From assembly GCA_002733765.1 (NCBI GenBank), contig NVWU01000007.1:157568-221567 (forward strand): DNA of 64,000 nt. Direction: 5' to 3'. The notes below the pieces were generated by a model that saw only the letters and a program-made list of their open reading frames with translations, did not search any database and was not told the DNA's origin. Positions 32,097 to 41,344 of the stretch are shown one piece after another. The position numbers and the translations under genes were made by a program. Source of the DNA: Colwellia sp. (lineage in GTDB: Bacteria; Pseudomonadota; Gammaproteobacteria; Enterobacterales; Alteromonadaceae). Every line of letters starts with the position of its first letter. The stretch's first letter is position 1.

Positions 32097-32771
32097 ATGA
32101 AACGAAATATAATATTGTTTGACATCAATGAGACGGTACTTAATCTCAGCACGTTAAAACCCAAGTTCAAAGAGGTTTTTGGTGATGAGAGTGTTATCGC
32201 AATATGGTTTTCTATGCTTTTGCACTCATCTACTGTGTGTATAATGACGTGCGTACAAACTGACTTTGTAACCTTAGCCGCTACTATGCTTGAATCCCTT
32301 GCTGCTCGCAGGGGGATAAAACTTTCACCGACAATGCGTGACGATATCCTTAGTGGTTTTGCTAACCTTCCCGCTCACACTGATATCAAGCCTGCGCTAA
32401 CTCAGTTAAAGTCTGCCGGTTTTCGCACGGTAGCTTTTTCAAATTCATCGCTCAATTTAATATCAACTCAAATGGCAAATTCAGGCTTAATGGAATATTT
32501 TGACGATATCATTTCAGTTGAAAAAACAGGTAGTTTTAAGCCAGACCCTACCGTTTACAAGTTTGCGGCTAAACAATTAGATCAACCACTGGAATCTTTG
32601 AGACTTGTTGCCGCTCATGATTGGGATACTCATGGCGCTTTGTCTGTGGGAATGCGCGCTGCTTATATTAATCGTTCTGGTGCAATCTATCATCCTCTGT
32701 ATCGCCAACCTGATATTTATGCGACAACAATGGTGGATATCGTTAACCAAATTATCGAAAAAAATGGTTAG
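32097..32771 (+). CDS. HAD-superfamily hydrolase (haloacid dehalogenase type II-like)
   Basis: N-terminal 'ILFDINETVL', 'AFSNSS', 'FKPDP.VY', 'AAHDWD', arranged as in type II dehalogenases. Confidence 0.65.
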   Translation: MKRNIILFDINETVLNLSTLKPKFKEVFGDESVIAIWFSMLLHSSTVCIMTCVQTDFVTLAATMLESLAARRGIKLSPTMRDDILSGFANLPAHTDIKPALTQLKSAGFRTVAFSNSSLNLISTQMANSGLMEYFDDIISVEKTGSFKPDPTVYKFAAKQLDQPLESLRLVAAHDWDTHGALSVGMRAAYINRSGAIYHPLYRQPDIYATTMVDIVNQIIEKNG

Positions 32772-32846
32772 CAGCGCTATACAAATAATAACATGTGGCT
32801 TGAACTGTTAGTTATTGGTTCGCGATTATAAAGGTATTATGACCAT

Positions 32847-33323
32847 ATGAAAATTATTGAATATTCATCGAGTCGAGTAAAAGAAATAGCAGATTTATTT
32901 TATGATTCTGTACATGCTATCGACTCATCTATTTATTCTGACAAACAAAAAGATGCTTGGGCTCCAATGCCAATTGATTATGGTAAATGGGCAAGGCGAC
33001 TTGAAAATAAAAAGCCATACATGGCGGTTATCAAAGGTGAGATAGTAGGTTTTATTGAATTAGACGCTGATGGGCACATAGATTGCGCCTATGTCTCACC
33101 AAAATTTCAAAGCATTGGTGTGGCTACTCATCTACTCAATCATGTAATATCAGTTGCTAAAGGTTTAGGCCTAAATCAGCTATATGTTGAGGCATCAATA
33201 GTTGCAAAGCCATTTTTTGAAAAAGGTGGTTTTGTCGTCGAGAAGGAGAATAGAATAGTGAGGCATAATACAGTATTGGTAAATTATGGCATGCGTGTAA
33301 AGTTTTATAGCCGTTCCACTTGA
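32847..33323 (+). CDS. GNAT-family N-acetyltransferase
   Basis: Motif A region 'YVSPKFQSIGVATHLLNHV'. The last about 6 codons and the stop lie inside a palindromic repeat element. Confidence 0.8.
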   Translation: MKIIEYSSSRVKEIADLFYDSVHAIDSSIYSDKQKDAWAPMPIDYGKWARRLENKKPYMAVIKGEIVGFIELDADGHIDCAYVSPKFQSIGVATHLLNHVISVAKGLGLNQLYVEASIVAKPFFEKGGFVVEKENRIVRHNTVLVNYGMRVKFYSRST

Positions 33324-33418
33324 AAATGCATGATTCAGCTGGAATTAGAAACGTCTTTGGGGAAGACTGAGTGACTCATACTTCCTGAAACGAGCATCTT
33401 CAAGTGGAGCGGTTATAG
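33306..33418. repeat. Palindromic repeat element, copy A (REP/MITE-like)
   Basis: Arms TATAGCCGTTCCACTTGAA (33306-33324) and TTCAAGTGGAGCGGTTATA (33399-33417). There are 2 mismatches across these 19-bp arms (3 over 24 bp when the arms are extended). Related to elements at 39158-39213 and 58484-58546. Confidence 0.7.
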
Positions 33419-33483
33419 TGCTTTTTTATAATAATAGCCAATAGATTTACCACTTAACGTAGCGATATAACACATGAGGGCAT

Positions 33484-33840
33484 ATGAATATAAAAGCGTA
33501 TATTGATCAATTTACTGAAATATCACATTTAAAAAGAGATCAACAATTTTTGTTACTTGAACAGGCATGTAATGATGCTTGCTCAAAGTTAAAATTTTTA
33601 AATTTCTCTCTGATTGAATTTTTGATACGTGCAGTATTTATAGGGGCTCTTTCGGGTGGCAGTTATTTACTTTTTGGTTATTCTGCTTGGTTACTGGTCG
33701 CGACTGTATTTTTAAGTTTACTACTTTCCAGAGTTGCCGTGACAGAAATTAACTCGTATTTATTGTTAAAAAGTTTAAAAGATATATTGCTTAAAAAGGC
33801 AGCGATAGAAGCATGCGTAAATCAGATAAAAAATAATTAA
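33484..33840 (+). CDS. Hypothetical membrane protein (118 aa)
   Basis: Two adjacent TM helices. GAGGG SD upstream. No recognised family. Confidence 0.5.
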   Translation: MNIKAYIDQFTEISHLKRDQQFLLLEQACNDACSKLKFLNFSLIEFLIRAVFIGALSGGSYLLFGYSAWLLVATVFLSLLLSRVAVTEINSYLLLKSLKDILLKKAAIEACVNQIKNN

Positions 33841-34021
33841 GATGAGCGACAAGACGTAATGTTATTGGTATTGGTTGTTAACCTATTGATTTTAAATTTA
33901 TTAGCTATTAACATTCCATACAATGCAATAAAGCGAAAGATATAATCGTTCCATTTCTTACGCATAATCGTCAATAAGTCACCGCTGCTTAAACCGCATT
34001 ATATTTTTCTGGAGAATTATT

Positions 34022-34306
34022 ATGAATTTGGACAAATCGACAAAACGTATAGCAAAAAGAGTAAAAAAAGGATTTCAGGGGTATCCGCAAATATCAATCG
34101 CCTATTTTGGTGAATCGGCTAATTGCGCCACTGAGGTCATTGTTGGCTACACCTTAGAAGAAGGTGCTACAGCCCAAGAGCAAAAGTTTTCCAGTAAAAA
34201 TGACGTTAGAAAAGACGAAACTATTCAAACGACCTTATTAAAGGTGATCGAACGGGCAGATGCAAAAACAGTGTTAGAAATTCCAGGTGTTGCCATTATT
34301 AAATAA
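34022..34306 (+). CDS. Hypothetical protein (94 aa)
   Basis: GGAGAA SD upstream. No recognised family. Confidence 0.5.
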   Translation: MNLDKSTKRIAKRVKKGFQGYPQISIAYFGESANCATEVIVGYTLEEGATAQEQKFSSKNDVRKDETIQTTLLKVIERADAKTVLEIPGVAIIK

Positions 34307-34405
34307 TATGCATGATCATCCAAAAATTTAATCGTACCTAAGTTATCTTAAAATGTTAGTTAACTATCATTGCACCTTATGTTGCATTAGGAGAATAAAG
34401 CCAAA

Positions 34406-35182
34406 ATGAGCACCGTAACGTCCGAAGAATTGTTTGTTGATGTCGAAGGGGCTGCTATTTACGTCAAAAAATGGATTCCTGAAACCATTAAATACACATC
34501 ACCTATTGTGCTTATGCATGATTCTTTGGGGTGTGTAGATTTATGGCGAGATTTTCCCGAACAATTGGCGCGTTCATTATCATGTATTGTCATCGCCTAT
34601 GATCGGCTTGGTTTTGGACGTTCAAGTGAGAATAAAAACAACCCCAGTGTTAACTTTGTTTGGGATGAAGCTGATTTTTATTTTTCATATATTAAAAGCG
34701 CAGCCCAATTTAGTACCTACTATCTTTTTGGGCATAGCGTGGGTGGCGGAATGTCGATAGGAATTGCCGCCGTAGATAAAGAGTGTCTTGGTGTTATCAC
34801 TGAATCTGCACAGGCTTTTATTGAAGAATTGACAATTAAAGGGATTGAAGAAGCACAAGTCATATTTCAACGCCCAGAGCAAATGGAACGATTAAAAAAA
34901 TGGCATGGTAATAAAGCAAACTGGGTATTAAGCGCTTGGACTGATACATGGCTGTCTCATGAGTTTTCTTCGTGGAGCTTAGAATCTCGTATTAGTAAGG
35001 TTACATGTCCTATCTTAGTGCTTCATGGAGATAAAGATGAATACGGTTCAAATGCATTCCCTGAATATATTGCCAAGAATGTTTCTGGAGAATCGTCAAT
35101 GAAAATTTTAGAAAACTGTGGTCATGTTCCGCATAAAGAAAAAATGGATGAAGTGATTTATCACATAAAGTTATTTCTTTAA
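34406..35182 (+). CDS. Alpha/beta-fold hydrolase
   Basis: Nucleophile elbow 'GHSVGG', 'HG.KDE', C-terminal 'CGHVPH'. AGGAGAA SD upstream. Confidence 0.85.
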   Translation: MSTVTSEELFVDVEGAAIYVKKWIPETIKYTSPIVLMHDSLGCVDLWRDFPEQLARSLSCIVIAYDRLGFGRSSENKNNPSVNFVWDEADFYFSYIKSAAQFSTYYLFGHSVGGGMSIGIAAVDKECLGVITESAQAFIEELTIKGIEEAQVIFQRPEQMERLKKWHGNKANWVLSAWTDTWLSHEFSSWSLESRISKVTCPILVLHGDKDEYGSNAFPEYIAKNVSGESSMKILENCGHVPHKEKMDEVIYHIKLFL

Positions 35183-35329
35183 AATTATTATTAATATTTA
35201 ATTTACACGTTGTTTAAACGGACAGCAATAGTTGTCTTCTTTACTCGTGTCTTACTTATTTTAGCCCATTATTTTAGCCCATTATTTTGCCATTTAATCT
35301 GGTATTAACACTTTTGGAGTAGTCTTACA

Positions 35330-35779
35330 TTGAACAGTATTGATCAATTTGTAAAAAATTGGGGCAGTAAAAATACCATGGTTCCAATAAATACACATGA
35401 TATTTTAGCACTTGAATCAAAATTAAATTTATTCTTACCCGACTCCTATAAATATTTAATATCTACCTACGGCTTGGTTCACTCTCCGAATGTGCTAACT
35501 AAAATTTGTGATTTAAATGCAGACGTTTCTGCGGTGCAAGACTTCTTGAGCTTAGAAGATATTTCTTCGCTATCCGCGTTATATGAAATGAGTGGTATGC
35601 CAAAGGGCCATGTTTTGTTTGCGTCTGATTGTAAGGGCAATATGTTTTGTTTCAAATTTGTTGATTGTGCAAGTAAGCAAATAGATTTACCCGTATGGTT
35701 TTATGATCAAGGAATTGGTAGTGTTAAAAAAGTATCTAATTCGTTTATCGAATGGTTAGAAGAGTTTAATGAACTTTAA
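35330..35779 (+). CDS. SMI1/KNR4 (SUKH-1) family protein, immunity-protein-like
   Basis: 'LE..L...LPDSYKYLISTYG' N-terminal signature of SMI1/KNR4. TTG start per the ORF track (GGAG SD upstream). Confidence 0.7.
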   Translation: MNSIDQFVKNWGSKNTMVPINTHDILALESKLNLFLPDSYKYLISTYGLVHSPNVLTKICDLNADVSAVQDFLSLEDISSLSALYEMSGMPKGHVLFASDCKGNMFCFKFVDCASKQIDLPVWFYDQGIGSVKKVSNSFIEWLEEFNEL

Positions 35780-35827
35780 TACATAAATAAGTAACCTAGG
35801 AAAAACATAGGGATTATAAAGTAAATA

Positions 35828-36055
35828 ATGAGAGAAAAATTAAGAATTAAAATGATTGATGTTTGTAATAAAAAAATTGAAAATAAAGGCAATAATGTTG
35901 GATTATCCTTTTATGCTTTCTTTGCAAATAAAAATGATGACCCTGAATTACTTATGGAAGTGGCAACGTGGTGGATAAAAATTCATAAATTAGATCATTT
36001 TGTTAAAGCACATAAAATTAAAAAAATAATTCAGTCAGAATCAAAAACGATTTAG
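35828..36055 (+). CDS. Hypothetical protein (75 aa)
   Basis: ORF only; lysine-rich. 48 nt downstream of the SMI1/KNR4 gene. Confidence 0.35.
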   Translation: MREKLRIKMIDVCNKKIENKGNNVGLSFYAFFANKNDDPELLMEVATWWIKIHKLDHFVKAHKIKKIIQSESKTI

Positions 36056-36261
36056 TAAAAACATTGATTGTGGTGAATGCAGGATAATACGTTCCTGCAT
36101 TATAAGCCGCCATATCAGTGCCATGTAAAACCACAAAATCATCATAATATTATTTGATATCATAGCGATACGTTGTCAGCCATTTAGCATCAGATTCGAC
36201 GGACCAATCAAGGATTGATATTCGTTAATCGTAAACGTAGGCATTTTTTGACGTACCTTAT

Positions 36262-38169
36262 TTATTGAACACTACAAACAAGGCATAACGTATACATGCC
36301 TTGTGGATCATTAAATTGATTCATTTTTCTAAATTCAGTTTGTAGTTGATTGATGAACTGTGTCATTGGTTTAGTATTTACACTACCTAATGTGGTTAAT
36401 TCGTTAGCAGTAGTTTTAGTTACAAAACCAATATCAGCTAATAATTGCGCTTGCCCCATCATTTTTTGAAGAAACTTATTACGTGAAGAGGGCTCTTTCT
36501 CAATTAATAACGTATTATATTCATCCAGCTTAGCTAGTTTGGCAGCAGCGACAATCGCATCGGCTAAATTACCAAGTTCATCAACTAAACCAAGATCTTT
36601 TGCTTTTTTTCCTGACCATACTCTACCCTGAGCAATGGCATCTACTTGTGCTAAAGTCATGTTTCGGTTTTTCGCGACTAAGCTTATAAAGTCTTGATAT
36701 CCTTTATTGATACTGAGTTGAAATAGTTGTGACATACCTTTAGTTAGTGGCTGAGTAGGGCCAAAACCTGCAATATCTGTGGTACCAACCCCATCAGTAT
36801 GTATACCTAGTTTACTTAATGAGTCTTCAAAGGTCATCATCATGCCAAAGATGCCAATAGAACCAGTAATTGTAGATGGCGCAGCATATATTTTATCTGC
36901 AGACGCAGAAATCCAGTAACCACCAGAAGCTGCATAAGTCCCCATGGAAGCCACAACAGGTTTTCCTATTGCTTTTAATAACTCTATTTCTTGGCGAATT
37001 ATTTCTGACGCAAAAGCGCTACCACCGGGGCTATCCACCCGTAATACTACTGCTTTTACTTTATCGTTAATGCGAGCTTTACGTAATAATAGTGCTGTTG
37101 AATCACCACCAATGGTACCCGGGCTTTGTATACCATTTAAAATAGTACCTTTAGCGACAATCACTGCCACCTTATTTGTTGATGCTATATTTAGCGATAT
37201 CATTGAAGTAGTGTTAGCTAAATAGTCTTTAAAACCAATATGGTTATAACTGTCGCCTTTTTTATTTTTACCAACCATCTTTATTAAATCACTGCGCATT
37301 TGTGCACGTGTTTTTAATTGATCAACCCAATTGTTTTTTAGGGCGTAATTGGAAAAACTACCATTTGCGCTAGTAAATTTCCTTAACAAATCGGTCATAC
37401 TATCATCAAAATTATTGATGCTAAAACCTCTCTGTTTGGCAACATCTTGCTTATATTGATGCCACAAATCATTTAACCATAATGCATTAGCTTCTTTTGC
37501 TTTTTCTGACATATCATCACGTAAAAAAGGCTCTACGGCTGATTTAAACGTGCCAACACGAAAGATATGCTGATTAATAGCAAGTTTTTCTAATGCTGAT
37601 TTAAAATACAGATTATAACGACCATAGCCATCAAGTAGCATAAAGCCTTGAGGGTTCATCCATATATCATCAGCATGGCTAACGAGATAATATTGATCTT
37701 GTGAGAAGTGATCGCCTAAAGCGATAATTTTTTTACCGGAGCTTTTAAAATCGATTAACGCAGCGCCAATATCTTGCAATTTACTTAAACCTGTAGGTTG
37801 TAAACCTTGAAGCTGTAAAACTAATAATTGTACCCGATCATCATTTTTCGCTTTAGCAATTACTGCTAACACATCCGCTAATAATAGTTCGGGTTTACCT
37901 TCTTTTTCGTCCAATATTTCTAGTAAAAAAGCATCCATTGGGTTTACTTCATGCTTTTGCTCAACCAAGTCACCCACTAAATTTAACACTAATGCCGATT
38001 TATCGGGTACAACAACTTGTTCGGTATCATTGCCCAACATAGCGATAAAACCAACAAAAAATACAATAAAAATTAAATTTAAAACAACTGAGCGTGTTAG
38101 GGTAAATAAACTCCAGATACCTAATACAATACGTTTAAATAGGTTTACTAATTTACTCATAAAAATCAT
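36262..38169 (-). CDS. sppA: Signal peptide peptidase SppA, 67K type (protease IV)
   Basis: N-terminal TM segment. Duplicated S49 domains, with 'VDSPGGSAFASE' and 'AASGGYWIS'. The start may be the ATG at 38160. Confidence 0.9.
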   Translation of the reverse strand: MIFMSKLVNLFKRIVLGIWSLFTLTRSVVLNLIFIVFFVGFIAMLGNDTEQVVVPDKSALVLNLVGDLVEQKHEVNPMDAFLLEILDEKEGKPELLLADVLAVIAKAKNDDRVQLLVLQLQGLQPTGLSKLQDIGAALIDFKSSGKKIIALGDHFSQDQYYLVSHADDIWMNPQGFMLLDGYGRYNLYFKSALEKLAINQHIFRVGTFKSAVEPFLRDDMSEKAKEANALWLNDLWHQYKQDVAKQRGFSINNFDDSMTDLLRKFTSANGSFSNYALKNNWVDQLKTRAQMRSDLIKMVGKNKKGDSYNHIGFKDYLANTTSMISLNIASTNKVAVIVAKGTILNGIQSPGTIGGDSTALLLRKARINDKVKAVVLRVDSPGGSAFASEIIRQEIELLKAIGKPVVASMGTYAASGGYWISASADKIYAAPSTITGSIGIFGMMMTFEDSLSKLGIHTDGVGTTDIAGFGPTQPLTKGMSQLFQLSINKGYQDFISLVAKNRNMTLAQVDAIAQGRVWSGKKAKDLGLVDELGNLADAIVAAAKLAKLDEYNTLLIEKEPSSRNKFLQKMMGQAQLLADIGFVTKTTANELTTLGSVNTKPMTQFINQLQTEFRKMNQFNDPQGMYTLCLVCSVQ

Positions 38170-38393
38170 CTATAAATACTAACTTAAGGTTTGCTATTAT
38201 CTTAACCTAAACAAGTTGACATTTGACCATTTGATTGTAAATAAATGAGCCTTTAGCTAGCCGATATTGATAATACTTCCTATAATTTATTGAACTTTTT
38301 CATTATTTTAATAAAGTTAATGAAATGATTGTAGTGTTTAAAAGTTCTTATATTCTAGAATCTATAAATATAATCCAATTGAGACCAACAACA

Positions 38394-39095
38394 ATGTCTT
38401 TACTGCTATCAAGCTACCACCGTTTTTTAAACTGGCTACCTAACTTTAATGGAATACCCGCGTTATTATTACGTTTATATCTTGCACCTGTTTTTATTAT
38501 GGCTGGGTTTAGTAAAACTCAACTCCTTAATGAAGAGGTTACCGGTTTTGCATCGTTTATGGCGGATCCTAGTATAATCGCTTGGTTTGGCAATACTGAA
38601 TGGGGGTTAGGTTTACCACTTCCGGCGTTATTGGCAAACCTAGTAATACTTGTTGAGTTTTTTGGCGGTTGGTTATTACTGGTTGGAGCATTGACCAGGT
38701 TAATTTCTATTCCGTTAATGTTTACCATGATTATGGCAGCAAGCACGGTGCATGCACCTAACGGTTGGTTTGCTATAACGCCAACTAATCCAGATATCAG
38801 CGTAGCTAAAATGATGACTTGGCTTGGCGTTGAGCAAGCAGAAGCCAGTTTAGAGAATAGTGTCGAAACAGGTAAACGCATAGAAGCGATGCGTAATATA
38901 CTTGAAAACAATGGCAATACCGATTGGTTGTACGAGAATGGCAACATTGTCGTGCTTAATAATGGTATTGAGTTTTCAGCTACCTACTTTATCATGTTAC
39001 TCGCTTTATTCTTTATTGGGGCAGGCCGATATACAAGTGTTGATTATTATATGTCGAAAGTGTTTCTTCCTGATAACCAAGGTGCTTTAAAGTAG
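38394..39095 (+). CDS. DoxX-family membrane protein with C-terminal extension
   Basis: 'LLLRLYLAPVFIMAGFSK' and 'VEFFGGWLLLVG' are typical of DoxX. ATG at 38394 is preferred over the 38325 start in the ORF track. Confidence 0.65.
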   Translation: MSLLLSSYHRFLNWLPNFNGIPALLLRLYLAPVFIMAGFSKTQLLNEEVTGFASFMADPSIIAWFGNTEWGLGLPLPALLANLVILVEFFGGWLLLVGALTRLISIPLMFTMIMAASTVHAPNGWFAITPTNPDISVAKMMTWLGVEQAEASLENSVETGKRIEAMRNILENNGNTDWLYENGNIVVLNNGIEFSATYFIMLLALFFIGAGRYTSVDYYMSKVFLPDNQGALK

Positions 39096-39157
39096 ACAAA
39101 GCAGATGAGTCACTATTGTAATTAGGTAACCTGAACAGGGCTTAATAAATATTTATC

Positions 39158-39213
39158 TAGCCGTTATCATTCAAAGCGCACTCTAAAATATGCGTATTGA
39201 TTGGCAACGGCTA
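39158..39213. repeat. Palindromic repeat element, copy C; doubles as a terminator for the DoxX gene
   Basis: TAGCCGTTATCATTCAA (39158-39174) and TTGATTGGCAACGGCTA (39197-39213), followed by TATTTTTT. Its termini resemble copies A and B. Confidence 0.6.
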
Positions 39214-39226
39214 TATTTTTTAGCTT

Positions 39227-40135
39227 CTAGTGACTGTTTCTAATCGTTTTTTTTATTTGCAGTTTATTCATTAATAACTCACCCCAGTGATATATTGTTA
39301 ACCCCAGTATCACTAAAAATGCCCCTAAAAGTATTTTGTTGCTGATCACTTCATTGTTAAAAACGGCTCCTAAAGACAATGCAATAATAGGTGTTATTAA
39401 GGTTATTAGCGTTACAGTACTTGCGGTGAGCCTTTGCAATACAAAAAAGTAAGCAAAGAAGCCGATTAACGAGCCAAATATTCCTAAATAAATGGTTGCC
39501 CAAATTGATCTTAATTCCCAATGACTCATATCTACACTGCCATCAAGCAGTAACCAGTTTGCAATAAATAAGGGTAATGAAATAATTAATGCACCAACAG
39601 TTGTTGATAATGGGTGAATAGCTAATGAGATGCTTTTCACTAATACACCGCTTAAACTAAAGAGAAAAACGGCTGTTAGGATAAAAAGCAAACCATAGAT
39701 ACTGTCACCTTTGAGTGAAAAATTATCAGCACAAACTAATGCTAAGCCGATAAAAGATAACAACATAGATAGTTTACGTAAGGTTGATATTTTTGGCTCA
39801 GCCAGAATTCTTCTAGCAAGTATTGCTGAAAATACGGGTGCTAAGCCGAAAGAAAGTGATAACACGCCTGATGATAAATAGCCGGCAGCTAAATAAGTAA
39901 AGGCCATGCCTCCAAAAATACCTAAAGCAGAGAAACTATATAAACGAATCGCTTTTTTATGCCAAGGTAATTCAATTCCGGTAATAAAAATAATCAAACT
40001 GCCCAGTACCACAGCAATAAGCATACGTAATAAAACAGCCATCGTTGGGTTGATCGTTTCACTACTCCAGACAATACCCAGCGGTGTGGTAGACCAAATT
40101 AATAACACTGCCAAATAGGCAACCGGTACTTGCAT
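39227..40135 (-). CDS. EamA/DMT-family transporter
   Basis: 10 TM segments in a duplicated EamA-like arrangement. Confidence 0.7.
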   Translation of the reverse strand: MQVPVAYLAVLLIWSTTPLGIVWSSETINPTMAVLLRMLIAVVLGSLIIFITGIELPWHKKAIRLYSFSALGIFGGMAFTYLAAGYLSSGVLSLSFGLAPVFSAILARRILAEPKISTLRKLSMLLSFIGLALVCADNFSLKGDSIYGLLFILTAVFLFSLSGVLVKSISLAIHPLSTTVGALIISLPLFIANWLLLDGSVDMSHWELRSIWATIYLGIFGSLIGFFAYFFVLQRLTASTVTLITLITPIIALSLGAVFNNEVISNKILLGAFLVILGLTIYHWGELLMNKLQIKKTIRNSH

Positions 40136-40199
40136 TTTTTACACTCCTTATCTTTTCTTATTGTTGGCATAATCCATTGACGAACATTTTATTTTTGAT

Positions 40200-40232
40200 A
40201 AAAAAAAGCCGCAAAAGGTAATTTCTGCGGCT
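40200..40232 (-). terminator. Rho-independent terminator (minus strand) upstream of the DMT gene
   Basis: The minus strand reads AGCCGCAGAAATTACCTTTTGCGGCT followed by T8. Confidence 0.7.
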
Positions 40233-40257
40233 CAGACATTATAGTTAGTTATTCTTA

Positions 40258-40380
40258 CTAACTTGAACGCTCCGCATACATTGGCCACTGTCGAACGACC
40301 TGACTCAGCCAACAGAGAATTGTCAGAATTAAGTGTTGATTGGGCAATAAAATAAGGTTTGAAGTAAAAGCGGTGTTCAT
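40258..40380 (-). CDS. Candidate 40-codon hydrophobic small ORF (or sRNA) ending at the orphan terminator
   Basis: MNTAFTSNLILLPNQHLILTILCWLSQVVRQWPMYAERSS*. AAGAGA lies 6 nt upstream of the ATG. The stop is 26 nt before the terminator stem. Confidence 0.25.
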   Translation of the reverse strand: MNTAFTSNLILLPNQHLILTILCWLSQVVRQWPMYAERSS

Positions 40381-40717
40381 AAATGTCTCTTATATACTTA
40401 GCTAGCTTGAGTTTATATTTAACGGAGTGTTTTATTGAATAATTATATTGCGGTTAGCACTAAGTTAAGTCAAGTTTAAATAGCTATCTTTAGATGATTT
40501 ATATCAATCAAATTAATTAAAGGGTCAAAATTCACTGAGGATAAAAATTCAAGTTCAAGGCGTGCGATTAAGTAATAGCTAGCTATTGGGATTGAACATA
40601 ACGAATAAATTGGATGTGTAGACTATTTAAGATGATCACTGAGTTAGTCTTATTGGTATTATTAAGTGCGTCACGGTACAGTTAGTTATACACTAATGTT
40701 ATATCTATTTTGCATAA

Positions 40718-41269
40718 ATGAACATTATGACCAGTATCGAATTACTATTACAGCGCCAATCAACCCCTTTATTAACAACACCAGCGCCAAACCATCATGA
40801 TTTAGAGACAATTTTAGCCGCAGGTATGCGAGTCCCCGATCATGCTTGCTTACAACCTTGGCATTTTACTGTGGTAACAGGGAATGGTTTACAGCGCTTA
40901 AGTGATTTATTAGTACAAAGCAGTGATAGTCAAAGTGCTAACCTAGAGAAAATAGCAAAAATGCCTTTTAGAGCGCCGATGATTATTGTGGTTACTACAG
41001 AGTTTGTTCAACATGACAAGGTGCCAAGCCAAGAACAATTAATTACTGCAGGTTGTTGTGCCCATGCTATGCAAATGGCAGCTTTCGCACTCGGTTATGG
41101 CGCTATGTGGCGAACAGGGGAGTTAGCTTATAATACTAAGGTTAAGCAAGGACTGGTGGTAAAAGGACACAATGAAATTGTTGGCTTTTTATATATAGGA
41201 ACGCCTTGTAGAGAACAAGTATTGAAAGCGCCTAAGTCTTTTGAAAATAAAGTGAGTTATTGGCAATAA
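40718..41269 (+). CDS. NAD(P)H nitroreductase, YdjA-like
   Basis: 'VPDHACLQPWHFTVV', plus size and overall similarity to YdjA-type nitroreductases. Confidence 0.8.
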   Translation: MNIMTSIELLLQRQSTPLLTTPAPNHHDLETILAAGMRVPDHACLQPWHFTVVTGNGLQRLSDLLVQSSDSQSANLEKIAKMPFRAPMIIVVTTEFVQHDKVPSQEQLITAGCCAHAMQMAAFALGYGAMWRTGELAYNTKVKQGLVVKGHNEIVGFLYIGTPCREQVLKAPKSFENKVSYWQ

Positions 41270-41344
41270 TTAGCCAGTATTATATTTAAATAAAATGCTA
41301 TATATCCGTTCAAATTGAGCAGATATATAGCAATAAATAACGAA

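Noticed and set aside
29314-36055. Possible integron gene-cassette array (small, mostly co-oriented ORFs with structured spacers).
   Set aside because: No intI integrase or attI is present. The spacers do not share an attC-like RYYYAAC...GTTRRRY architecture. One gene is on the opposite strand. The palindromic elements belong to a REP-like family that also occurs outside this region.
38519-38947. 142-aa antisense ORF. The same applies to other antisense or overlapping ORFs: 5402-5596, 6087-6275, 7397-7645, 7859-8071, 12409-12696, 19727-19960, 36876-37225, 43399-43875, 44870-45133, 52811-54666 (several ORFs), 61648-62199 and 62662-63484.
   Set aside because: Each lies entirely inside, and opposite or out of frame to, a gene with strong motif-level support. 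Their translations are low-complexity or Cys/Ser/Leu-rich, as expected for shadow ORFs.
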